Source: an uncultured Lachnospiraceae bacterium (lineage in GTDB: Bacteria > Bacillota > Clostridia > Lachnospirales > Lachnospiraceae). From it: 64,000 nucleotides of DNA. How positions within the stretch are numbered: the first letter of the stretch is position 1; each line of letters begins with the position of its first letter. The stretch spans positions 1,350 through 65,349 of the forward strand of contig CAJUSQ010000002.1 in NCBI GenBank assembly GCA_910588885.1, given 5' to 3'. A program made the position numbers and the translations under genes. Shown here in pieces: positions 54,591 to 63,721 of this stretch. The notes below the pieces were generated by a model. The model saw only the letters and a program-made list of their open reading frames with translations, searched no databases and was not told where the DNA came from.

Positions 54591-57551
54591 TTATCCTGGT
54601 TTTTCTTCGATTTCCAGGGTTTTGGGCGCAATGGGGAAGCTGACGGTTACTTTGAACAGATCCCCGTCCAGGTAGATATCGAAGGTCCCTCCCATGAGGT
54701 TTGTCAGGTTTTTCGCAATGGAAAGGCCCAGGCCGCTGCCTTCAGTGCTTCGGGATACGTCCCCGCGGATGAAACGCTCGGTCAGCTCGCTGGCATCAAT
54801 ATTCAGGGCTTGTTCGGATATATTTTTAATGGAGAAAAACGCCGTATTTTCCAGCACTTCCATTCCCACATAGACCCGGGTGTGTTCCATGGCATATTTG
54901 GCAACATTGTTGTACAAATTCTCAATCACACGCCAGATTCTGCGGCCGTCGGCAAGGATGATCACGGGTTCTTTGGGAAGCTTTGTAACAGCCGTCAGGC
55001 CCCTGGCTTCAAACCGTTCATTGAACTCCCCGGCTGTCTGGTAAACCAGCTCCACAAAATTCAGCCGTTCCATCTGAAGCGTGATGTTTCCGGAGCTGAC
55101 TTTCGATGCTTCCACCAGATCCTCGGTCAGCTGCTTCAGGCGCTGGGACTTGGCATCTAAGACCGCAATATAATTCCTGGCCTTTTCATTCTCCAGCTTC
55201 TCCCGTTTCAATAAATCCACATAATTGATAATAGAGGTCAGGGGTGTTTTAATATCATGGGAAACATTCGTAATTAAATCAGCCTTTAATCTTTCGTTCT
55301 TCATACTGGCATCTACGGCATGATACAGTCCCTCCCCGATTTTGTTAATCGCATCTCCCATGGCCCGGTTATCGCCTTTTAGGATCTGCGTATCAATCTC
55401 ATATTCCAGATCCCCTCCTGCAATCCGCTTAATCCCGCTGATCATCATATTCCGCTGTACCCCTTCCCGCAGAAATGCAATAACCTCCGCCGCACACAGG
55501 AACAGATACAAAACAAGGATCAGCAGCACAACCTGGCGTTTATAAGCCCATGTCAAAGCAGTTACCGCAAGCAGCAGCGTCAGGATCACATGACCGGTAA
55601 ATAACGCCAGGATCTTAACGGAGGGCTTCCAGTTCCGTACCGCCTTTCCAATCCCTCTCCCAATCCAATACAGCAGGCTTCCGCTCCACAGCACTGATTT
55701 TTTAATACGCCGGACAAAGCTCAGGTAAAACGCCATAAAAAGCCCAACCAGCAAAAATGTCATACAGCCTGCCATAATCATATAGCCCACCAGATCATGT
55801 ACAGGCTTTAAGGACAGCATTCTTTCAATTACAAAAATGGTTCCGATAAAAATCCCCACAAATCCGGTCATCAGGATTTCAGTCTTCATCCGGTCAAATC
55901 CGTTTAAATGGATCTCATCGTCTTCACGGCTGCGGCCCGCGGCCAGGCTTAAATAAATAAAACTCAAAAAACAACCGAATACGCAGATAATTGCCGCTGC
56001 AAGGGCCACCGCCGCCCAGGGCTGCAGCTGCCCGTATTCTTCTTTTGCCTGGGCATAGTCATCTTCGTAGGGGAACGTCGTATCCATCCCTACAAAAATT
56101 ACGCTGCTGCGGCCGCCGTTGCTGTTCTCCAGGGAATTATAGAACGTATCTTCCATCCCTTTTACATTGGTAGCCAGACGTATATCATTTTTATTATAAT
56201 AAAAATAACTTCCCAGGGCTTCTCCCTTTTCCGGAAAAAACTCCTTACTTCCCGGTTCCTCCAGGTGAATGTCCAGATTGGTAAAATAGCGGTTCGTGCT
56301 TTCCTCGTAAACCCAAAACTGCAAATTAGATTTATTTTTCTCGAATTTATTTACCAAACGTTTATATGCTGTAATCTCGCCCCCGATGGTATTCAGCGTA
56401 TATGCCAGGCTTTGATAGATATCCGACATTTCCTGCAGCGTAATGGAACCCCTTAAGAACGCTTCCATAATCGTGGATCCATCCACTGTCATATACTTCT
56501 CTTCCAATACCGGAATATCAACCCTGCTGGACGCTTCCATAAGCCCCAGTTCATTTAAAATCTGTCTTAGTGCCTGATCTTCCAGTTCAAAGAGCTTTCC
56601 GTCTATAATCATCTGGATGGAATGCTCCAACATTTGTTCTTCTTCTATCTCAGACCTTGGGGCATTCAAAGCCTGTTCTTCCGGGGCGCCTTCCTTAGCG
56701 CTTTCCTTTCCCAAAGAAGCTACATCGGCCACTTCCGCTGCCGTCGATGCCTGGTCCTGGCCCAAACCGGCTTCTTCCGATGATTGATCCTGGCCCAAAC
56801 CGGCTTCTGCCGATGTCTGATCCTGGCCTAAGCCGACTTCTGCCGATGTCTGATCCTGGCCTAAGCCGACTTCTGCCGTATCCTCGTTCTTCCCTCCCTG
56901 CACTTCCGAAAAGGTCATATCCTCGACTGTGGTTAATTCTTCCAATCCATAGGCACTTAAATCGTAATAACCTCCGTAATAATACTGAGCCTTCGTTACA
57001 ATATACCGTTGAAGGGAGGGGTCCATTTCCTGCAATCTCTGTATGATAATATCCGATTCCAGAACAATTTCATCGTTCACATATACTTCCTGAATCTGAT
57101 GCATAACCCCTTCCTGGGTTTCATACAAACGGCTCTCTACCCGACAGATCTGTTTTACATATTCCCTGGACCAATCCTCCAAATCCACCAGATAATAGCG
57201 GAATTGTTCCTCAGATTCCGGCAATTTTCGAACATTTGTTTGTTCCAGTCCATTGTTCCGGTACATCATGACATTGACAGCCTTTTCCGGATTGTATATA
57301 CCGTCTGTCTCAAACTGCTCCTTGTAGCCGATATAGGTCAGAACTTCTCCTACCGCATCCCGAAACAGCCCTTCATAATATCCGGAATCGACAAAGGCTG
57401 TATTGCGGACATCCCCCACGTTTATCATACTTCGTTCAAATAACGTGGAAACCAGTATCGTGCATATCACAAGCACCACGGTAAATATTTCCTGCATCAG
57501 CATCACAACGGCTTTCATTCCGGCAGAATACCCTATTTTTCTCATGCGCAA
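54591..57551 (-). CDS. sensor histidine kinase with ~560-aa N-terminal extracytoplasmic region and multi-TM block
   Basis: 986 aa. H-box NVSHDIKTPLTSI, N-box NLYNNVAKY, G2 GSGLGLSIAKNL. Confidence 0.85.
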   Translation of the reverse strand: MRMRKIGYSAGMKAVVMLMQEIFTVVLVICTILVSTLFERSMINVGDVRNTAFVDSGYYEGLFRDAVGEVLTYIGYKEQFETDGIYNPEKAVNVMMYRNNGLEQTNVRKLPESEEQFRYYLVDLEDWSREYVKQICRVESRLYETQEGVMHQIQEVYVNDEIVLESDIIIQRLQEMDPSLQRYIVTKAQYYYGGYYDLSAYGLEELTTVEDMTFSEVQGGKNEDTAEVGLGQDQTSAEVGLGQDQTSAEAGLGQDQSSEEAGLGQDQASTAAEVADVASLGKESAKEGAPEEQALNAPRSEIEEEQMLEHSIQMIIDGKLFELEDQALRQILNELGLMEASSRVDIPVLEEKYMTVDGSTIMEAFLRGSITLQEMSDIYQSLAYTLNTIGGEITAYKRLVNKFEKNKSNLQFWVYEESTNRYFTNLDIHLEEPGSKEFFPEKGEALGSYFYYNKNDIRLATNVKGMEDTFYNSLENSNGGRSSVIFVGMDTTFPYEDDYAQAKEEYGQLQPWAAVALAAAIICVFGCFLSFIYLSLAAGRSREDDEIHLNGFDRMKTEILMTGFVGIFIGTIFVIERMLSLKPVHDLVGYMIMAGCMTFLLVGLFMAFYLSFVRRIKKSVLWSGSLLYWIGRGIGKAVRNWKPSVKILALFTGHVILTLLLAVTALTWAYKRQVVLLILVLYLFLCAAEVIAFLREGVQRNMMISGIKRIAGGDLEYEIDTQILKGDNRAMGDAINKIGEGLYHAVDASMKNERLKADLITNVSHDIKTPLTSIINYVDLLKREKLENEKARNYIAVLDAKSQRLKQLTEDLVEASKVSSGNITLQMERLNFVELVYQTAGEFNERFEARGLTAVTKLPKEPVIILADGRRIWRVIENLYNNVAKYAMEHTRVYVGMEVLENTAFFSIKNISEQALNIDASELTERFIRGDVSRSTEGSGLGLSIAKNLTNLMGGTFDIYLDGDLFKVTVSFPIAPKTLEIEEKPG
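56751..56882. repeat. 4 x 33-bp in-frame tandem repeat inside the kinase gene (encodes AEVGLGQDQTS x4)
   Basis: Units at 56751, 56784, 56817 and 56850. The last two differ only at their 3' end. Confidence 0.85.
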
Positions 57552-57587
57552 TGCCTCCTTCCGCTGATTCCAGGAACCCGGTTACGA

Positions 57588-58280
57588 TCAGCTTTTTTCG
57601 ATTTTATAGCCGACGCCCCAGACTACCTTCAAATACCGGGGTTCCTTGGGATTGATCTCGATCTTCTCCCGAATGTGCCGGATATGTACGGCCACGGTAT
57701 TATCTGCCCCAATAGCGTCTTCATTCCAGATATTTTCATAGATTTGGTTAATGGAAAAAACCTTGCCCTGATTTTTTACCAGCAGCAGCAGGATATTATA
57801 CTCAATGGGTGTTAATTTCACCGGTTCATCATCCACGGTAACTTCCTTCAAATCGTCATTGATGGTAAGCCCGCCCACCTGATATACCCTTTGGCTGGAC
57901 TCTGCCGCATTCCCCAGCTGAGTATACCGGCGAATCTGCGACTTCACCCGGGCTACCAGTTCCAGAGGGTTAAAGGGCTTTGTCACATAGTCGTCCGCCC
58001 CCACATTCAGTCCCAAAATCTTATCGGCATCTTCCGATTTGGCGGAAAGAATAATAATCGGGATGCTGCTGCTCTCCCGAATCTTCAGGGTCGCACGTAT
58101 CCCGTCCAGCTTCGGCATCATAATGTCAATAATCAAAAGATGCACTTCATGGTTCCGCAGAATCTCAAGGGCCTGTTCCCCATCATAGGCTTTCAAAATA
58201 TGATACCCTTCCTGCTGCAGGTAGATTTCAATTGCATCTACAATTTCTTTATCATCATCACACACCAATATATTTTTCAT
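57588..58280 (-). CDS. OmpR-family response regulator
   Basis: MKNILVCDDD receiver domain plus winged-helix C-terminus (YLKVVWGVGYK). Start at 58280 after TGGAGTGA. Confidence 0.9.
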   Translation of the reverse strand: MKNILVCDDDKEIVDAIEIYLQQEGYHILKAYDGEQALEILRNHEVHLLIIDIMMPKLDGIRATLKIRESSSIPIIILSAKSEDADKILGLNVGADDYVTKPFNPLELVARVKSQIRRYTQLGNAAESSQRVYQVGGLTINDDLKEVTVDDEPVKLTPIEYNILLLLVKNQGKVFSINQIYENIWNEDAIGADNTVAVHIRHIREKIEINPKEPRYLKVVWGVGYKIEKS

Positions 58281-58661
58281 GCCTGTCACTCCAATCTCTG
58301 TTTTTGTCCCTATTATACATGAAAAATACCCCATCTGCAAAAGAATCTTTTTTCATTATAAAAGGGGATTTTTAATTTCGGGAACAGTTTTTTCTTAAGA
58401 ATTCTTAAAATTAGAGAAACGCCGGCTGCTTCGCACCGGTCCTACAAAAAAGTCTTTCCGGGCTTCTGCAACAGCCCGCTGCTTTTTCCGACGAAAAACG
58501 GGATAATTTGATAATTTTTTCACATACTATTTCTGCAAAAGCCGCCTGTAACCGGACAATAACTGAATATACCGGTAAAGGGCGGTTACGGCAGATTCCA
58601 ATGCCGCTTTTGATAATAACGGAAAAGATGGAAAAGATTTCAGAAAAGTGAGGAATTTCGT

Positions 58662-59648
58662 ATGAAGATTGCTTTTTATGGGACAAAGCCTTATGACCGC
58701 ATCTGGTTTGAACCACTGGCGGAACACTATGGTGTAACTCTGACTTTTTTAGAAGCGCCCTGTACCATGAATACGGTGGAACTGGCCAGAGGCTATGAGG
58801 CCGTTTGTATTTTTATCAATGACAATTTAAACGCTGCCCTGATCGGCCGGCTTTGTGAAATGGGCGTCCAGGCCATCCTGCTTCGTTCTGCCGGATTCAA
58901 TCATGTGGACTTAAAGGCATGCAGGGGCCGCATCCGCGTTTTACGGGTTCCCAGCTATTCCCCGGAAGCCGTAGCGGAATATGCCGCCGCCCTGCTGCTT
59001 ACGGTCAACCGTTATACCCATCGGGCCTACACCAGAAGCCGGGATTTTAATCTGAGTATCAACGGATTGATGGGCACAGACCTCCACGACAAAACTGCCG
59101 GTATCATCGGCACCGGCAAAATCGGCCAGGCCATGATTGACATTTTACGGGGCTTTCATATGAAAATCCTGGCTTACGACTTGTATCCGAATCCCGATCT
59201 TTCCGTGGAATATACGGACCTGGATACACTGCTGGAACAATCCCATGTAATTTCCCTCCACTGCCCGCTGACAAAGGAGAGCCACCATATCATCAATGGG
59301 GATGCCATCCAAAAAATGCGGGACGGGGCATATATCGTCAACACCTCCCGGGGCGGGCTGATTGATACCTCTGCCTTAATTGACGGGCTTTTAAGCCGCA
59401 AAATCGCCGGAGTGGGCCTGGACGTGTACGAAGAGGAAGACGGCTTGTTCTATGAAGACTTGTCTCAGGAAATCATTCAGGACAATACCTTTGCACGGCT
59501 GATGACCTTCCCCAATGTACTGATTACGTCTCACATGGGCTTTTTTACCCGGGAAGCCATGCAGGCCATCGCCGTGGAAACCCTGGAAAACGCTTATGCC
59601 CTGGAACACGGCCTGGAGTTGAAAAACGAAATCCGCGCTTCGGATTAA
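58662..59648 (+). CDS. ldhA: D-lactate dehydrogenase / D-isomer-specific 2-hydroxyacid dehydrogenase
   Basis: 328 aa. GIIGTGKIGQA NAD motif and the NTSRG...D, E, H catalytic pattern. Confidence 0.85.
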   Translation: MKIAFYGTKPYDRIWFEPLAEHYGVTLTFLEAPCTMNTVELARGYEAVCIFINDNLNAALIGRLCEMGVQAILLRSAGFNHVDLKACRGRIRVLRVPSYSPEAVAEYAAALLLTVNRYTHRAYTRSRDFNLSINGLMGTDLHDKTAGIIGTGKIGQAMIDILRGFHMKILAYDLYPNPDLSVEYTDLDTLLEQSHVISLHCPLTKESHHIINGDAIQKMRDGAYIVNTSRGGLIDTSALIDGLLSRKIAGVGLDVYEEEDGLFYEDLSQEIIQDNTFARLMTFPNVLITSHMGFFTREAMQAIAVETLENAYALEHGLELKNEIRASD

Positions 59649-59652
59649 CCGT

Positions 59653-60903
59653 CTATTTTGTACCGGATTTCCCTCCGAAAAAGAACTTTTTCCTGGGAGG
59701 GCTCTGCTCCGGCGTTTCCCCTTCTTCTCCCGTGTTCCCTTTCCGCCATTTGAAATACTCTGCATTCAGGTCTATCCTGATCTCCGGCATGGCAAAGGGC
59801 TTCTCCTCCTCTAAGGCCACAGCCCGGGACAGCTCCTCGGGCTCTGCGGCATTTTCCGGCATCGGCGGAAGATCCCAGTCCTTCTGATCCTCGATGGGAT
59901 CTTCTTCCTCTTCCAGATGGATCGGCGGAAGATCCTGGTTCTCCTGTGCACCGTTTGGATCTTCTTCCTCTTCCAGATGAATCGGCGGAAAATCCTCCGG
60001 CAGAAGGATTGGAGCAATATCCTCTCCTTCTTCCTCCGGCTCATTCCCTTTCGCGTTCTGCAGGCTGCCGGATGTTTTTCCCAATACGGCCCCTAAAATA
60101 TCAGCTGCCGTTTCTTTCAGGGCGGATTTTCCAGCTAAAACGGTGGATGCTGCCGGAGCTGTTGCCGGAGCCGATTCCTGCTCTGTTTTCAAAGAGGGGG
60201 CCTCTTTCCTTTCGTCCCGGAAGGTTGCGGCCTCTGGCGATTCTGTTTCCTCCGTCCACATGGTCACTTCTTTCCCAAACAACTGTTTGTGGCGTTCAAA
60301 ATAAGCCGGATTTACTTTGATTTCCGGCTTGATGTTCAGCGGGATATGTTTGGCTTCATTTTTAATTTTCTTTTCAGCGACAGCGGCCAGCTCTTTTTCC
60401 CGTCTTTCCCGCTCCCGGTTGTGCTCCTCGATAATCACCTGATATTTTCTGGAATCTTTGAAGTCCCGAAGCTGGTCTGACAGCTCCATCTGGTCTTCTT
60501 TTACCCGCCTCTTCTCCTGCTCCATATCCTCTAAAAACTGTTCCCAAATACCGCGGCTTTGAGCCAGTGCATCTTCCATCAGCTTCTGCACCTGATTCAG
60601 GGCATCATCGGTATAGATCAGGGAAGCCGCATAAATATCTTCCGTCTGCTGGGAGATCCGCTCCACCAATTCCTTGCCTTCCTTCTCGGATTTGCGCTGT
60701 GCCAGCTCCCGGGACCGGACCGTAGCTTCATATTGATCCATCAGTTCATAAATGGCCAGATTCAATTGTTCCAAAATCGGAAATATATCCGTTTTATCTA
60801 CAATTACTTTATTTTCTTCTCCGGGAATCACCGTCCCTTCCGAGAAAAGCACATGAATCTGCTTTATAATCCGTTCGATTTTGTCCTGTATACTCATTGT
60901 CAC
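59653..60903 (-). CDS. coiled-coil hypothetical protein with acidic repeated C-terminal half
   Basis: 416 aa. 60-bp tandem repeat at 59861-60000 encoding PPIHLEEEEDP units. Confidence 0.55.
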   Translation of the reverse strand: MTMSIQDKIERIIKQIHVLFSEGTVIPGEENKVIVDKTDIFPILEQLNLAIYELMDQYEATVRSRELAQRKSEKEGKELVERISQQTEDIYAASLIYTDDALNQVQKLMEDALAQSRGIWEQFLEDMEQEKRRVKEDQMELSDQLRDFKDSRKYQVIIEEHNRERERREKELAAVAEKKIKNEAKHIPLNIKPEIKVNPAYFERHKQLFGKEVTMWTEETESPEAATFRDERKEAPSLKTEQESAPATAPAASTVLAGKSALKETAADILGAVLGKTSGSLQNAKGNEPEEEGEDIAPILLPEDFPPIHLEEEEDPNGAQENQDLPPIHLEEEEDPIEDQKDWDLPPMPENAAEPEELSRAVALEEEKPFAMPEIRIDLNAEYFKWRKGNTGEEGETPEQSPPRKKFFFGGKSGTK

Positions 60904-61022
60904 TCCTCTGACTTACACTTATTCGGAAATCCGTTTGTAAAAATTTCCCCTTATTCAAGGATAAAACACTTTATGGGGAATTATACCAGTAACCGAAAAA
61001 GTTGTAAACAATATTGGACAAA

Positions 61023-62441
61023 TTAAAACCGGAAATCCCGTTTTCCCTCCCGGATATGGGTTAAATAATCCACCACCTTTTCTTTCACAACCGGATTGGT
61101 GATCACCTCTAATTCTTTTTGAATCAGCGCATCCCCTACCGCTTTTGTTTCTCCGGAGGCATAATCCTCCAGGTATTCCTTCAGCGTCATCAGGGCATTG
61201 GGGTGGCAGCAATTGACAATCTGGCCGCTTTTCAGCAAAGTCATAAAACGGTCCCCGGTTCTGCCTTCCCGATAGCAGGCAGTACAGAAGGAGGGCACAT
61301 AGCCCAAATCCATCAGCCATTTCACAACCTCATCCAGGCTCCGGTTATCGCTGACATCAAACTGGGCGGAATTTTCTTCTTCCGGCTCCGGCTCTGCATA
61401 GCCGCCGACGCTGGTTCTGGAACCGCCGCTGATCTGGGAGATTCCAAGATGGAGCACCCGTTCCCGGCAAGCCTGGCTTTCCCTGGTGGACACGATCATT
61501 CCGGTATAGGGAACGGCAATCCGGATGCAGGCCACAATTTTCGCAAAGGTATCGTCGTCTATGCCGTCGTCAAACGCATCCGGTTCAATATCATCGGCTC
61601 TTCTTAACCGGGGGACGCTGATCGTATGGGGACCGACGCCTTTATAGGCTTCCAGATGCTCCGCATGCATCAGAATACCGGTAAAATCATAACGGTAGTT
61701 GTTCAGGCCGAACAATACTCCAAGTCCCACATCGTCAATACCGCCGTCCATCGCCCGGTCATGGGCCTCGGTGTGATACGCGTAATCATGCTTTGGCCCG
61801 GTGGGATGCAGTTTTTCATAATTTTCTTTATGGTAAGTCTCCTGGAATAAAATGTAAGTCCCGATTCCGGCTTCCTTCAGCATCCGGTATTCTTCTACCG
61901 TCGTTGCCGCAATATTTACATTCACCCGGCGGATGGCTCCGTTCTTATGCTGGATTCCGTAAATCGTATGAATGCATTCCAAAATATATTCAATGGGATT
62001 ATGCACCGGGTCTTCCCCCGCCTCCAAAGCCAGACGCTTGTGGCCCATATCCTGGAGGGCCGTTACTTCTTTCACAATCTCCTCCTGGGTCAGCTTTTTC
62101 CGGGCAATATGCTTGTTTTTTGCATGATAAGGGCAATACTCGCAGCCATTGATACAGTAATTGGACAGATACAGGGGCGCAAACATAACAATGCGGTTCC
62201 CGTAAAAATCCTTCTTAATCTGCTCTGCCAACGCGTAAATCTCCTGGTTTTTATCCTCCAGCTCACAATCCAGAAGCACCATGGCTTCCTTATGAGAGAG
62301 GCCCTTGCGCTCCCTGGCTTTTTCTAAAATACGGTCAATCAATTCCCGGTTGGTCTTATTCTGCCGGGCATACTCCAGGCAGTCCAGTATTTCTTCGTGA
62401 TTGATAAATTCCTCCGCTTTGGGTGACATGACATTATACAT
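61023..62441 (-). CDS. hydG: [FeFe]-hydrogenase H-cluster radical SAM maturase HydG
   Basis: 472 aa. CINGCEYC radical SAM motif and C-terminal CTACYREGRTGDRFM...CCHPNAL cluster motif. Confidence 0.9.
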   Translation of the reverse strand: MYNVMSPKAEEFINHEEILDCLEYARQNKTNRELIDRILEKARERKGLSHKEAMVLLDCELEDKNQEIYALAEQIKKDFYGNRIVMFAPLYLSNYCINGCEYCPYHAKNKHIARKKLTQEEIVKEVTALQDMGHKRLALEAGEDPVHNPIEYILECIHTIYGIQHKNGAIRRVNVNIAATTVEEYRMLKEAGIGTYILFQETYHKENYEKLHPTGPKHDYAYHTEAHDRAMDGGIDDVGLGVLFGLNNYRYDFTGILMHAEHLEAYKGVGPHTISVPRLRRADDIEPDAFDDGIDDDTFAKIVACIRIAVPYTGMIVSTRESQACRERVLHLGISQISGGSRTSVGGYAEPEPEEENSAQFDVSDNRSLDEVVKWLMDLGYVPSFCTACYREGRTGDRFMTLLKSGQIVNCCHPNALMTLKEYLEDYASGETKAVGDALIQKELEVITNPVVKEKVVDYLTHIREGKRDFRF

Positions 62442-63495
62442 TTTTCTTTTCCTCCTTATAATCTCCCCGGTCTACAGCCAGCTCATAACCAATGGCTTCC
62501 ATCCGGCCCGACAGGCATTGACGGCACTCGGCGGCTTCTTCTCCGGTGCAGATTTTGTTATCGTACAATTCGTATTGTTTTCGTACCCGAACCGGCGACA
62601 GATTGGGCATGACCACATTGGCTCCGGCTAAAATCCCTTTTTCCCGGCCCTTCTTGTCAATAGTTCCCAAAGCCGTCGTGGCGGGAAGCAAAACGGAGGG
62701 CAGCATCACCCGAAGCAGCCCCAGCAGATAAAGGGTTTGCTCCAGAGTCCCTGCTTTTTCCCGGGCAAAAGGTGTTTCATGATGGGGCACGAAGGGGCCG
62801 ATTCCCACCATCTGGGGATTCAGTTGACGGATAAACTGCAAATCCTCCGCCAGGCATTCCGGCGTCTGGCCGGGGGCCCCTACCATAAATCCGGTTCCGG
62901 TCTGGTATCCGATTTCTTTCAGATCAAATAAGCATTTCTTCCGGTTTTCTGCGGACAATTCGGGCGGGTGCAGCATCCCATAGTGGGATGCGTCCGCGGT
63001 TTCATGACGCAGCAGATAACGGTCGGCGCCTGCTTCATAGAGCCTGCGGTAGCTTTCATAGGAACGCTCTCCCAGGGATAATGTAATGGCACAGTCCGGG
63101 AACCCTTTCCGGATCACTCCGACGATTTCTTCCATTTTTTCATCGGTAAAAAACGGATCCTCTCCACCTTGCAGAACAAATGTTCGAAATCCCAGTTGGT
63201 AGCCTGCCTGGCAGCATTCCAAAATCTCCTCTTTTGTCAGCCGGTAACGACAGACCGTACGGTTATCCCGGCGGATTCCGCAGTAAAAGCAGTTGTTCCT
63301 GCAGTAATTGGTAAATTCAATCAGCCCCCTGGTGTAAATCCGGTTCCCAAACTGCTGTTTTGCTATTTTTCTGGCCAGGGAAAAAAGAAACTCTGCATCC
63401 TCCGAATCGGAGTTCTTAAGCAGGAAGATCCATTCTTCCTGTTCCAGCTGCTTTTCCCGGTTCAGTTTTTCAATCAGTGCCCTAGTCTTTGTCAT
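62434..63495 (-). CDS. hydE: [FeFe]-hydrogenase H-cluster radical SAM maturase HydE
   Basis: 353 aa. CRNNCFYCGIRRDN motif, BioB-like fold. 8-nt overlap with hydG. Confidence 0.85.
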   Translation of the reverse strand: MTKTRALIEKLNREKQLEQEEWIFLLKNSDSEDAEFLFSLARKIAKQQFGNRIYTRGLIEFTNYCRNNCFYCGIRRDNRTVCRYRLTKEEILECCQAGYQLGFRTFVLQGGEDPFFTDEKMEEIVGVIRKGFPDCAITLSLGERSYESYRRLYEAGADRYLLRHETADASHYGMLHPPELSAENRKKCLFDLKEIGYQTGTGFMVGAPGQTPECLAEDLQFIRQLNPQMVGIGPFVPHHETPFAREKAGTLEQTLYLLGLLRVMLPSVLLPATTALGTIDKKGREKGILAGANVVMPNLSPVRVRKQYELYDNKICTGEEAAECRQCLSGRMEAIGYELAVDRGDYKEEKKNV

Positions 63496-63517
63496 TGCAG
63501 CTCCTTATTTTCCACGC

Positions 63518-63549
63518 AAAAAACCCCTGCACCCAAAAGGATGCAAGGG
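63518..63549 (-). terminator. intrinsic terminator/attenuator hairpin 22 nt upstream of the hydE start codon
   Basis: Minus strand CCCTTGCATCC-TTTT-GGGTGCAGGGG followed by TTTTTT, then AAGGAG RBS and ATG 63495. Confidence 0.6.
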
Positions 63550-63681
63550 CAGTATCCACTTGCTTTCTTCGCTTGCCTTTCCCTTCAGGTATCCCTTATG
63601 GTTAGTTGCTGATATTTGATTTCGGTTTGCGGTAAGAGCGTTCAAGCCTAATAAAACCGTCTCTATCCACGTACCTCTTTT

Positions 63682-63710
63682 ATTGTAGCATCGGGATTTT
63701 TGAAATGCAA
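63682..63710 (-). promoter_or_regulatory. sigma-A promoter driving the hydE leader
   Basis: Minus strand TTGCAT-17 nt-TACAAT. Predicted leader of about 180 nt. Confidence 0.55.
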
Positions 63711-63721
63711 GGGTTATTTTC

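Noticed and set aside
56751-56882. Possible CRISPR array (regular 33-bp repeats); the same question applies to the 48-bp repeats at 54266-54355.
   Set aside because: The repeats are contiguous, with no unique spacers. The 33-bp set is in frame inside a kinase gene, and no cas genes are present in the window.
58411-58727. Two overlapping minus-strand ORFs (101 and 66 aa) in the ldhA / response-regulator intergenic region.
   Set aside because: They have no RBS and overlap the ldhA 5' end and its promoter region. They have no recognisable motifs, so they are more likely non-coding regulatory DNA.
63496-63720. Assignment of the hydE leader to a known riboswitch class (SAM-I, TPP, cobalamin, T-box, GEMM-I, ZTP).
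   Set aside because: None of the conserved cores I remember is present, for example CUGAGA...ACCUGA for TPP, the T-box GGGUGGUACCGCG, or GEMM GCAAA...GACGCAAAGCC. It is left as an unknown-class candidate needing an Rfam scan.
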